The notes beneath the pieces were generated by a model that ran no database searches, had not been told where the DNA came from, and saw only the letters and a list, made by a program, of their open reading frames with translations. Shown one piece after another: positions 13,929-25,260 of a DNA stretch of 64,000 nt. The translations under genes and the position numbers were made by a program. The DNA is from Klebsormidium nitens (Eukaryota; Plantae; Klebsormidiophyceae): positions 18,789-82,788 of the forward strand of contig DF237361.1 of NCBI GenBank assembly GCA_000708835.1. Direction: 5' to 3'. Positions within the stretch are counted from its first letter, which is position 1. Every line of letters begins with the position of its first letter.

Positions 13929-16742
13929 ATGACAGCCTCTGCGACCAGCTTCTCAAGGCCCGCTCCTTGTCAAGGGCCCCAGCTCAAATCAGGGACGCAG
14001 AACACTGTGCAAACTCACCTCTCAGCTAAATTTCTGTCTGCAAAGGTCCCTCAGGCCCCTCTTTCCACGACCTCTTCGAGGTGCCTCTTCAGCTTGCGGC
14101 CTCAACCGGGTCTTACATTCGTTGCCTCACAGGCATTTTACCGGCGCACAATCTGTGATGCTGGGGTGGTAAGGTCGTTGCATGCAAAAGCACCCGCAGC
14201 CGGTCAAGCTGATGGACAGACAATGGCAGGGGTCGAAGAAGGTCATTCTCAGGAGCACCCCCTCGTGTATGTCAGCTTCTACAAGTTTGCCAGCCTGCCG
14301 GACTACGAGCAGCTAAGACTGGCCATCAAGCAAAGATGTGACGAAGAAGTAAGTCACAACCCACATAGCTACAACCACTTTGGTTCGCTCGGATGGGTCA
14401 CGTTGTGGGTACTCATGGTCCTTCTGTTGTTTGGCGGCCTTTGCCCCTGCATCACTTATCAATACCTTATCTCCAACTTTCCCCGCTTCCAACATTTTGT
14501 GTTGCTTCTTGTTGAGTTAGTTTCCTTCAGCAGTCAAGGATGGCAACATTTATCACGCTGGAACATCCCTGCGTTCGCAACGGCACGGCCAACGCGCTAC
14601 CTGACTTGTGCTACCCACTGCACAGGGTGTTGCTGGTGGCATCATTGTGGCGCCAGAGGGCATCAACGGCAGCATCTGTGGCACAAGGGCCGGCATCGAC
14701 TCCGTCCTTGCGTACCTGCGGTCCGACCCGCGCTTTGCCACCATGCGCAACACTGAGGGGCCAGGCCCTTCAGAAGCTCCCCCAAGCCCAAGTGCAACGG
14801 GCGCCCCGAAGGCCACCGAAAACGTGAAGGGGAATGGATGGGTCGGGCCCAAAGGGGAAGAGTGGAAGGCGACGCCCTTTCAGCGGGACAGAGTGAATGT
14901 CAAATTGAAGAAAGAGGTGAGGAGCCATGGTGGCGGATCAAAGCACTTCACAGGGGCAGGTAGAGTTTTCCCTTCTTTGAGTGCAGGCGCTACAACTCAA
15001 GTTCCAAAACGCTCGTTGGAAGATGCATTTTCCATTGGTCCATATCCGCGAGCGCCTGGCGACCACTGTGGCAGAGTCTCAGTCCGTTGATTGGCCTCAA
15101 CCTATCTGCAGGTCATTCCACTAGGGGTGGAAGTGGACCCCATGCAACGGGTGGGCACATATGTGAAGCCTTCGGAGTGGAACGCCCTCCTTGAAGACCC
15201 GGATGTGGTGAGCAAGCTTTTGTGTGTCTACTATTGATGACCGTTCTGCTGTTCGAGTCGAATGAGGGGAGGGCCGCTGGCCTCCATCCTGATGTTCATT
15301 GGTAGTCGCTCTTCAGTCCATCCTACGGTGGCTGCTAGTTTCCTGCAGTATATGACAAGATATGCTGCAATACGCAGTTGATCCAGGAAACAAGCTTGGG
15401 GCTTAGAAGTGATGACCACTGGCTCCTGTCCAGGTTGTGGTGGACGTTCGCAACGCGTACGAAACGCGGATTGGCAAGTTCCGAGGTGCTGTTGACCCGC
15501 GCACCGAGAGCTTCAAGGACTTCCCGGAGTGGGTAGAAAGAAACCTGCTAGAAGCGACGGCAAGTGGTCTCGACAGGGCGTCTAGTGGGGGAGCAGCTAG
15601 TACGGCAGGGAGAGGGGAAGACACTGAGGTCGATCTGCCCGACCAGACTGAGGAGGGTGACACACACAGACTGAAACGGGGCAGAGAAGAGGAGTCGGCC
15701 GCTAGAGTCTTCTGGGACACTGGCGACAGCGGGGAGCATGAAGCAGGCACTGGGGGGCAGCGAAGCGAGACAGCAGTGCAGAACGGCTTATCAGATCTGT
15801 CGGACGGGGATGACTCCATTGTCAAAAGTGACCAAGGGGACGAGACAACTGCGGGTGTTGCAGAGCCGGACGTCCGAACCACTGCGGACTCGGCCAAGGA
15901 GAAGAAGGTCGCCATGTACTGTACCGGGGGCATTCGATGTGAGAAGTCGACTTCGTTGCTGCTGCAGATGGGCTTCAAAGAGGTCGGTGTAACATTCCCT
16001 AGCCTGTTGTACAGTTTAAGACATTAATTGCTTGTACGCCACAGCCTGTTATCGGAGGGTTGTTGATAAATGTCCTTCATTAGCATAGCACAAGCCTTTT
16101 GATGTAACTGAGGCCGGCTTCAGCCAGGGCCGCCAGCCGACCTTCCAGGTTCTCGGGGCCTACGGAGAAGTCTACATTTGAAAACTTGAATGCTTTCAAA
16201 GTGAAACGAGAAACGGCGGCTGTTTGGTCGAACAGCCGGTGTCCCCTGTGAAGGCTTCAGCCTTCGGGTTTTGAACTCAGAATGTTGGCCCTACAATATA
16301 CTTTGAGATCCCCGTTCTACAGGTGTATCACTTAGAAGGCGGGATCCTCCGGTACCTGGATGAAGTTCCGCCCGAAGAGAGCCTGTGGGAGGGCGAGTGC
16401 TTCGTCTTCGACCGGCGCACGTCCGTGAAGCACGGGATGGAGCCGGGGAGCTACTCTCTGTGCTTTGCATGCAAGGAGCCCATTAGCCCGGCGCAGAAAG
16501 AATCGCCCTTGTATATCACGGGCATCCAGTGTCCCCTGTGCGCTCACAAGAAAACGGAGAAGCAGAAGGAGCGGGATCGCCAGCGGCAGAGGCAGTTTGA
16601 AACGTACGGGCTGATAGGAGGGGCGCTGACCCGGAGCAGGCCTCCCAAAAAGGCTGTTGCCGGCACGAAACGAGAAGTGGCGGAGACGGAGAGAGTTGGT
16701 CGCTGGGTGACATGCGGAGAACAGGACAGACGAGAGCATTGA
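13929..16742 (+). CDS. trhO: TrhO/YceA (UPF0176) rhodanese-family protein (tRNA U34 hydroxylase-like; plant STR7/8-like) with transit peptide. Exons: 13929-14348, 14626-14916, 15112-15207, 15434-15982, 16323-16742
   Basis: Motifs [92 protein letters not shown] and [12 protein letters not shown]-terminal CxxC...CxxC (CFACK...QCPLC). Confidence 0.92.
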
Positions 16743-17902
16743 CCCAAGTTGGTATTCGGGTTGGATTTCGCTTGTTTGGAACGGACCATTCAAGCGCAAT
16801 CGTATGTTGGGCTTTGAATGGATTCAAGTCAGCTCCGAAGTACCTCGGAAGTCTTATAACTCCCTAACATTATCATGAACCGTCGGATGGGTATGCAAAC
16901 GTACATGCTGGTGGAACTCTTTCCAATCTAGCACATGGAAGATTTGAGGCCTAATCTGTAAGATGATATTATACGCGGACGGTTACCGCGCTTTTATTTA
17001 CTTTCATGATGGATTTTTCGCATAGCATCCAATATGGCTGGTAATTGTAATGCTGGCCGGCCCCGGCCATGCCAGGCGGCCCTTAATGATAGAGTGCCCA
17101 TGCGCATCGCGACCTTGCTATCATTCATGACACAGGATTGGTGTACGGTCCCCGGCCATGCGCATGCCAGCTAGCTGCACCGTCTGACGAGACTGGAAAG
17201 CTTTTGCGTACGCGCTCGGATAGAATTTGATAAGGGGAGAAGTCGACACTTTCCAAATATTGTCCATCTAGTGTCTCCGCGCGCCGGCGCAACAGGATGA
17301 AAGCTTTTGAAGAGAGTTCACTACAAGACCCAGTACGACTGCGCAAGGATGACGCACTTTTGGACCTAAGACGGTACTAGTACGCCGTGGCGGCCACCAT
17401 AGCCATCATCGCTGTTGAATCCGGAGAAGTGCTTGCTCGACGCCAGCAGTCGAAGTAATTGCTCAGCGCCGCTGCGTCTGGCACAGCTAATCTACAACAA
17501 GCTAGCTCCACGTGCAGCCTCTGGTAGCGGCAAGCGTCCAGCCATGCAAGAAGGGCGGCATCTAGGAAAAAATGAAGCACGACTTTCAATACCTGGTTCA
17601 GTCTGGTTCTAGATAAGACTCAGAACCCAAGTGCTTCCAGTCCTGAGTACTGATCTTTCTAGCATGGAGGGTTGCGGCAACCGCAACTTGATTGAGCAAG
17701 TCCTACTGGGAAAGTCAAGCCATAACTTCCTCCATCAGCAGCAAAGTCCTTTTGTAACCTGCGAGCAGCTTCCGGACCCGAGACGACAGACCGTGATCGC
17801 CAGGCTTGACAACCCGACACGATCGAGCGTTCACAACCGGACCACTTCAACCCGACCATTTTATTGTACACTTCAAGACGATGCTTCCAAATAACTTAGA
17901 GG

Positions 17903-20900
17903 TCAACGCTGCTCGTCGACCGGCAGCCGCCGGCCCACCCGCGGCCGGTCATCCATTAGCCCCCAGTTATCCGCTCCCTCCGAAGCTGCCCTTTTCTCAG
18001 CTTTCCGGCTCCGCTTGAGCCGGTCCGTGTCCGGATTATCGTTCTCGACCTCCTCCGTCTCCTCCGTCTCGTCTTCCTCATCCCCCTCCTTTGCTCTGCG
18101 AGTGGGGGTTGTCCCTTCATCCGCCCATTCCCCTCGCAGAGCTCCCCAGACCTCAGCCTCCTCCTCTTTCCTCGACCGCGTACCCTGCTTTTCCCCCCTC
18201 CCAACCTCCAGTTCTTTCTTTTCCCTAGCACCGCGCTCTTCCCACCCGTCTGCTTCTCGTCGCCTTGTTTCCGCTTCTGCCTCTCCGTCGCCCAGTCCCA
18301 GGTTCCTGCCCCGGTTCTTGATCCAGCCCGGGTCCTCCTCCTCTTCCTCGTCCTCCGGCGCGTCCTGGTACCCCGGTTGGCCTTCCCGGCACATGCACTC
18401 GGGGGCAGGGTACGAGTACAGCGACTGCTCTCGCTTGCGCTCCGCTACCCCATGCAAATCGTTGTCCTCCCGCATCGCGCGCAGTTCAGCGGAGAAGTCA
18501 GCCCACCTGCAAGCGCCACGAAATTGCCGCGTCTCATCATTGGACCGACCGAAGACTACTTCTGTAAACTATAGCGCGCCATCCGTCTTTGCTGTTCAAG
18601 CAACAGCAAGCATCATAAACGACTTTCAAGGGCTTTCAGGAAGTGATCAGCGGGCAGGCCACAAATCTTCCCTTCTTGCTCTCAGAAAACGCGTATTAAG
18701 AAGCAAGCCATGACTCGACTAGACGCAGACGCAAACCAGTGGTTCCGGCAGCCGCTCACTGGAGCGTGTGGTTGTCGAGGAGGCGCGCGAGGGCCTTCTT
18801 GTCGGGGCTGACCGTCTTCCAGTGGTTCTGGTTGCGGTACCGCCGGTGGCCCTCCACCAGCTGCGGGAAGTTGCCCCCCTGCGTCGCCATGAAAACTTCG
18901 GCCGCCACGCACACCGTGAAGTCCAGCGCCGCCAGCTGCGACGACCGGCCCTACAAAGCGCCACCGCGAAGGCATGTCAGCTAAACCGTTCAGCCGTGAG
19001 AACCACGGTGGTCAGTCATGTTGAAGCAAGCAAAGCGCGCCTCTTCCCTGTTGTCGCAAGTGCCCGAAAGCAGTTTGAAGAATTTCAGAATGCGGTTCGT
19101 GCTCCTCGCTCAAGCTGAGCAAATGAAGCCCCGCGACATTTTGCGGCGGGGGTCCCGGTTGCCAGCCAAAATCCAGACTTGATATCTTTCCAAAAGGCCT
19201 TTGCAGCACAGCAGGAGGAAAGCCCCACAAGTTCCCCCATAGCAAAGACACCCGGCCCACCTTGAAGGGTGCCAGCTCGTCCGGTGAGAGGAGCGTCTCC
19301 TTGGTTTGCAGGGACGGGAACATGTCACGCAATGCGGGGGGCAGCCCGCCGTAGACGTCGCCCGCTGCCAGGTACACGGGGGTGCTCGCCGGGAAGCCCA
19401 TGCCACGCAGGATGAGGCCCACCTCGAGCGGCGTCAGCGGACATTTGCCGGCCCTGCAACCAGACCGTCTTGCGTGAGGCCCCGGAAGCCAGTCCCAACT
19501 TGCCTAACCGTTTGCTTTTTGCCGTGCTCAGCCAGACAAGGGATGGCGGATTTTTTACAGTGGTAAGATGGCTCAGCCCGGACTACGCCGAATCCGATAT
19601 GCAAACCGTGTTTCTGCTGAAAGCGATGCTGGCAAGGCAAGCAGAAGAAGCGCAGCGGCCAAGGGATCCCTCTCGAGAGAGAGAGAGAGGTGCGGTGTCG
19701 ACAGCAACAAGCTCCGTCGTCTTGAGAGCAAAACGCCCGGGCTTACAGAAAGCTAACAAACCGGTGCTAGCGAAGCATAACCCCGCCGGCCTGCAGATAC
19801 TGCTAAGTCTCCGCCCCAAGACTCCGAGACACCCCCCGTCCGCGCTCACCTCCTGACGGACCCTGGGTCGATCGCTTTGCGGCCCGGGCGGGTGAATTTG
19901 CCGCTCCAGCCGACCTCCCGGAAGGCAGCCATCTCCTCGCGCTCCTGGGTCCCGCCGTCGTACAAGCAGTTGCTGAACGCGACCATGTCCTTCTCGAAGC
20001 GCAGATGCACAGCCAGGTACCGCCCGCCGGGGCTCCGCGCTACCATCTGAACAGAGGTGTGCCGTTCAAGAGCTTCACCATGCTTGACAATGAACCAGCA
20101 GAAGAGCGGGTTGGATGGGCCAGCATGACAGAAGAGGCAACTACACCAAAACCGTTTGCTTGATGTATACAGCCAGGAAAAGCTGACCACACGAAAAGCC
20201 ACCACCAAACTCGGCCCTGGCAAGCTCGCCATAACAATCGAGGACTACATTCTCCCCTCAAGTGTCAAAAGGAGAGTCGAATATAGAGGGGTCCCTCGTG
20301 CGAAACAACCTCCAGCAAATCTCAATCAGCTTACCCGTTCAACAATTGTGTCTGCCATGGACTTTATGCGGGGTGCGAAGCGCAGCGCGTGGAAGTTGGC
20401 GCGGCAGCGCAGCTGCTGGAGGGCGGGCTCCACATCATCGTAAGTGAGGCGGTTCGCAAACGGGTCGAGGCGCAGGGCGCCCTTGGCCCGGAGCAGGGGC
20501 AGGACCTCCGTCAGGTAGTACGAGGGAGACGACCATGCGGGCACCTGGGTAAACGTGGACAGTATATCAAATACTAGATCGGATTGTCAGAAGAAAGCAT
20601 TCATGGTTTGGGGGCAGAAATGTAACTGAGGAAAGACTTCGCAAAAGAGTCTCAAGTTGCTTGATGCAAGCGTAAGAAGCAGACCTAACGAGATTTGGAA
20701 TGTTTCACTCTGAGCAGTCTGCAAAGACCAACTGGCCGACAGTATGCTCGAGAACGCCTGAGCGAACGCGGAAGTAAGACAAATGACCCCTTTTCGTTGT
20801 TATGGTTCTTAGAGAAGGGCACAGGTCCGACGCCAAACAGGTGAGAAGGCGTCCTGACCTTCGTCTTCTGCCTGTAGTCTTCCGTCAGGAACTGGTACTC

Positions 20901-22644
20901 CTTTGGCAGCTGGTGTACTATCTCGATGTCAGCAAACAGCGCCATGATGAAGTGGTTCACGTCGAAGATGTCCTCGAAGGTGCTGACGTGGCAAAAAGAC
21001 GGGTTCAGTCAGTCGGAGCAGAAAAGCTGGAAGGCTTGCTTCAGTCACTTTGGCTGCTGATCAAGTTCGTAACAACCTGGGACTGACGTGTGGCAACCTT
21101 TTAGGTGGCTCAAGCAGATGGCCGGCCCCTTCCGACGTTAGTAAATGATGCAGCCGGATGGTACGAGTACTGGTGTGCTGCAGAGGGTGACAGCCAAGAA
21201 GGATACTAACCTTGGGTCTTTCCAGATGGCGTGATAGTAGAGGTGTGGAATGACCAGAGTTGCATTGAGCAGCTTTGCAATCGCCACCGCATTGCAGATC
21301 TGCAAAGGCACAGATGTCGAGTGGAGTCTACATTCGTCGCACTTCCTTTGGATGTCCAGCAGATTGCACGTTCTCCTTCCCATTAAGAATGGATGCAATC
21401 GGGCGCAGAGACGCGCGTGAGAGCAATCGAGAAAACCACGACTCACCGCCGATCGCTGCTGATTCAAGCCGCCGTTGACAACAGGACTGATGTAGCCGTT
21501 GCTGGTATATCGTGACTCTGCAAGTACGGGTGGTGCAAAGTCAGAACAGACGCCATCAACTCAGAGTCTCGGCTTCGCGCAAGACTGGGAACAAACCAAA
21601 GCGAGCAATCCTTTCGGGTTACAAGTACTTTCACAATCCACTACGCATGATTGAGGCTTCACACGTGGACGCACCAGGCACAACCCGTTTCCGCCCAGCG
21701 CAGGGCCGCCAGCCAGTGTCGGACTTCAAAGCCTGCCACTCCAGCGCTCCCTGCAGCAGAAAGGGCCCTAGTTATATGTCCTGAGCATGCTCAAACAGCT
21801 TCTTCTGGATGTGGCAGCCTCAGCTTGTGTTTTTTGTGTAAAGATCAATTATTCTGTTTTACCCCCAGTCTGTACGCAGCCTGGGGATGTTGGTTCACTG
21901 CAGTCCATGGTGATCAAGAGAGTATGCAGGAGGAATACTTCCAATTTTGAGTTGGCAAAAGCAAGTTGGGGGAGCGCCGACAAGCCACTCAAGCGAAAGG
22001 GCGCAAGACCGAAATTGCATTCTGGATTCAAAAGTAAATTGGAATCATCTTTTGAATGGAAGGCTTACCTCCACCGGAATGTCATCTGCTGCTGACATAT
22101 TTGCTGCAAAACGTGCGTATGCAAGGTGGCTTCTATACACGGACCCCGGAGGCTGAGAGTGGGCGCGTCTGGTGGGGAGGTCAACCATGGCGGAGCCAGA
22201 ATATAGGCTACGGCCAGCAATGACGAGGATGGCTGCTAGGCACAATACAGCGGGCCTGAAAGAAGAGACAGGAATGTCATCAAGCACCCAGCCAGGCCTG
22301 GAGAAGTTTGATGTTTGGGACATGTGCATATAATCAGACACTTGCACGCGCTGCAATGCAGTGCAGATACCGATGCATCAGCTGTCTTTGCACATCAATC
22401 GCCACACGGAAGAAAGAAGAGCTGCTAACGTGCAAATGAATCACCCATGGTGGTGACTCCTGTTAGTCTCTCACCTCCGCAGAACGTTGAAGAAGGACAG
22501 CCAAGGCCGCTTTACCCCTGATGGTTTCAGAAGGGTACGAGAACGTGCGCCAAGTGGTCCTCTGGGCAGCACATCCTTGGTTGTCACGGGAAGTCCAACC
22601 CCATTATCCACGGCCCTTGCCCGAATGCCCATCTCGTTGGCCAT
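17903..22644 (-). CDS. O-fucosyltransferase-family (DUF246/GT106-type) type II membrane glycosyltransferase, ESMD1-like. Exons approx. 22644-22475, 22297-22069, 21750-21675, 21517-21447, 21299-21211, 20982-20859, 20544-20335, 20046-19850, 19453-19261, 18950-18760, 18506-17903
   Basis: Signal anchor [13 protein letters not shown]. Motifs [101 protein letters not shown] and [10 protein letters not shown]. Long charged C-terminal tail. Confidence 0.9.
19674..19689. repeat. (GA)n microsatellite in an intron of the O-fucosyltransferase-family gene
   Basis: Run of about 7 GA units. Confidence 0.8.
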
Positions 22645-23314
22645 CTTTGATACCCGAGTAAGTCCTATGCGCACTCAGGCTTTCTTGGCTTCCGACGGCC
22701 CACCCTCCTGGGAGCCAATCACAGGCCGATGGCTGATGAACGTCGACTCCGCTCAACCACAGACTATTTCCCCCCAAATGCGCGCACAAGGGCTCTCAAA
22801 GCTTGACGAAGTACAATTCCCTTCAAGCTGGACTTTCTAGGCCTCCTGGCAGGAATGACCGCTGACGCGGCTCACAATAAGCAGGAGGGCCATTGATCAA
22901 ACTTAAAGCCGCGGCAGCTGGCTTGAAAAAGACCGCTTCAGATAAGCAGGACCTTATAACTGTGCGAGGAAGTCCTGTTACTCCAATCTGATGGAGTTCT
23001 GAAGGACCCCCCAGAGCGGACCGAAGCATAACCTTTCTGCTACATCGCTGGCCCGCATTTTCGTGCCGTCGATCCGTCTGGTGAAAATGCCACACTGCAG
23101 AAAGTTTGAGAAGCACGCAGCAATTGCAATTTGCAATGGAGCCAATGCTCCATGGACCATGACCACATGATAGGTATTATGTGCATGATGCATGATGCAC
23201 CCGGTGAGCGATAGCCCTTGCGAAAGCTAGACCGCCATACCTGGTACATACCGCTACGGTAATCCTGATACGTACAGTAGGTATCAATTGTGTCCGGTGC
23301 GTACCCCTTGATCA

Positions 23315-24264
23315 CGTGGCTTCATGGGCAAACCCCCCGTGCTCAACAACACAGCCGCCTAGAGGATACAGCGCGCAGGAAGAAGTGCCAGCTAGATAGA
23401 GCATCAGATGTGAATAGATATCAGCGCGCTGCCTCACCAGCCGCTTCCTGGTGCTCGGGCACTTCTTCCTGCAGTGCCGCTCGCCCTCTGGGACCAGTGC
23501 AACTCGATGGTCGTCCCCGCCACATTTCTCTCTAGTGCATGCAGCCGCTCTCTTCTGCAATATAGAGGAGGTGAGATGGTGAGAGCGACAGGAAACACCA
23601 GGATTCGGACTTCTAGGACCTCGGGGGCCAAAACATGACAAATACTTCTCGAGCGTGATTGGCGGTCTTTTCCAACCATGATGCGATGCTTCAAGGACGT
23701 TCATCGTTCCTCATAGACTCATACGAAGGTAAGATTATAAGCCATGCATCCAGCCTCTTGAGTAGGACTTGGGGCCGGTAATTCCGATTTCGAAGAGAAC
23801 CGTAGGCGCTCCGTAGGCGTAAGTTAACAGGCAATCATCCAATCAGCCTACTCCTCATTTCCTCTTAAGCTGCGCTCAAAGAGAAAAGCGTTGTTCGTTT
23901 TTCCGCCAATCCGGGCAGTTCTGAAAGAACTAAACTGTTCTGACTGTGTTTTCTCAGTGTCGTCTGCCTTGACGCCTTGTCTTTTAAATCCTAAGGGCGC
24001 CTCTGAAAACTTCCTTTGTTGCGTTCTCAGGTCGGGGTATTGATCGAGGAGCCGTTCTCGATCCTGGCGCTGCAAGCCATTTGCAACTCGGCTGAGAAGA
24101 ACGTGGCGAAGGTGACCCAGGTGCACAAGGACTTGCGCAAGCGGCGCGTGCAAAGGGCGCTCGACGACGAGAAGCAGGCCGAGCACGAGCGTTGTCACGA
24201 GCATGGGGCGTGGCAAGAGGTCGGCCGGAACGAACGGAGCATCTCATTGAGGGAGGGTACGTAG
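23315..24264 (+). pseudogene. 5'-truncated, frameshifted relic of a bestrophin-like UPF0187 (VCCN/BST-type) anion channel gene; last two exons at about 23435-23570 and 24031-24264
   Basis: Pieces LTSRFLVL(G)H, VPLALWDQCNSMVVPATFLS (in a shifted frame), AAALFC(N)IEE | VGVLIEEPFSILALQAIC match the VCCN C-terminal region as I recall it (RLTSRFLVLWH..P..LW..C.W.VVPATF.SAASLFCIEEVGVLIEEPFS.LAL..LC). A phase-0 GT-AG intron at 23571-24030 is intact. An in-frame TAG lies at 23415-23417 and there is no room upstream for the missing exons. Confidence 0.8.
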
Positions 24265-25260
24265 CACTCATGCTTTAGCTGACGCAGTCTGTGAGAGGAA
24301 GCGGGTTTGGGGTCGATGCAGGGGATCTGACGGACGAGATGTGATTGAACGGAAGCGTGCTAGCCAGGAGCAGCTTTGAGCTTCGGTTCAATACAAAGAT
24401 CTTAGTAGCAGCGCACATGACAACAAGTTTGCTACCAACCTTAAGTTATTGGACACAGAAGCCAGCTCTACATGAGACCGGTTGTATATTAAGTACTCTG
24501 AATCATGCTCCGTTAAAATAGCTGCCTTCCATATGGAACGACATATTACATGGCAAAACAATCGAAGTAGGTTGAAGTTGAATTGAAATGAATGCTCACA
24601 TACAGGTATATAGGTTAAATCAAGTGAAAACATTGAATAGAGGAGTCAGCGGTAGGCGGACATCGCGTTCACGAATAAGGGTGAAGCAAATAGGGTTGTG
24701 GCCGACGTAATTGATTGTATGATTTGGTAGACGTGCGCGGCCTCTTCTGGTAGATAATCTGTGATTGAATACAAAGCTAACATATACGAAGTTTAGTACT
24801 AACAAACTTGCTGCGCGATTGTTGCCATGTCGACAGCAAGTTCATTAACTTACTGAATCTGCTCATAGCCGACTCTTGTCTAGGCTAGAGTCAAAACGGT
24901 GAATATCAATAGAAAGGGTATGCGGCTTGACGCATGGGGGCTTCGCTCGGACTAGCCAGTGCTTCATGGCCTTTCTTTTTCAAATCAACCTGGCGCATTG
25001 TGGTTAATGCCCTATGAATCCTTTGCGGCTGTGCCACGCGCTCAAGTCACGATCGATCACCGACAGAAAAACGTTCATCAACAAGATTGTGTATACCAAC
25101 AACTACCGAAATAATTCCATAATGTTTGGTGGACCGGAATCAAAGGTCCAATAGACTGGATGACTGCTAAGTGTTTATATTACTTATTACACGACAAAAT
25201 TGATTTCCTCTTTGCTCTCCGGAATTTGTCAAAATTATGTTCTTGCACTCTCAGTGTATC

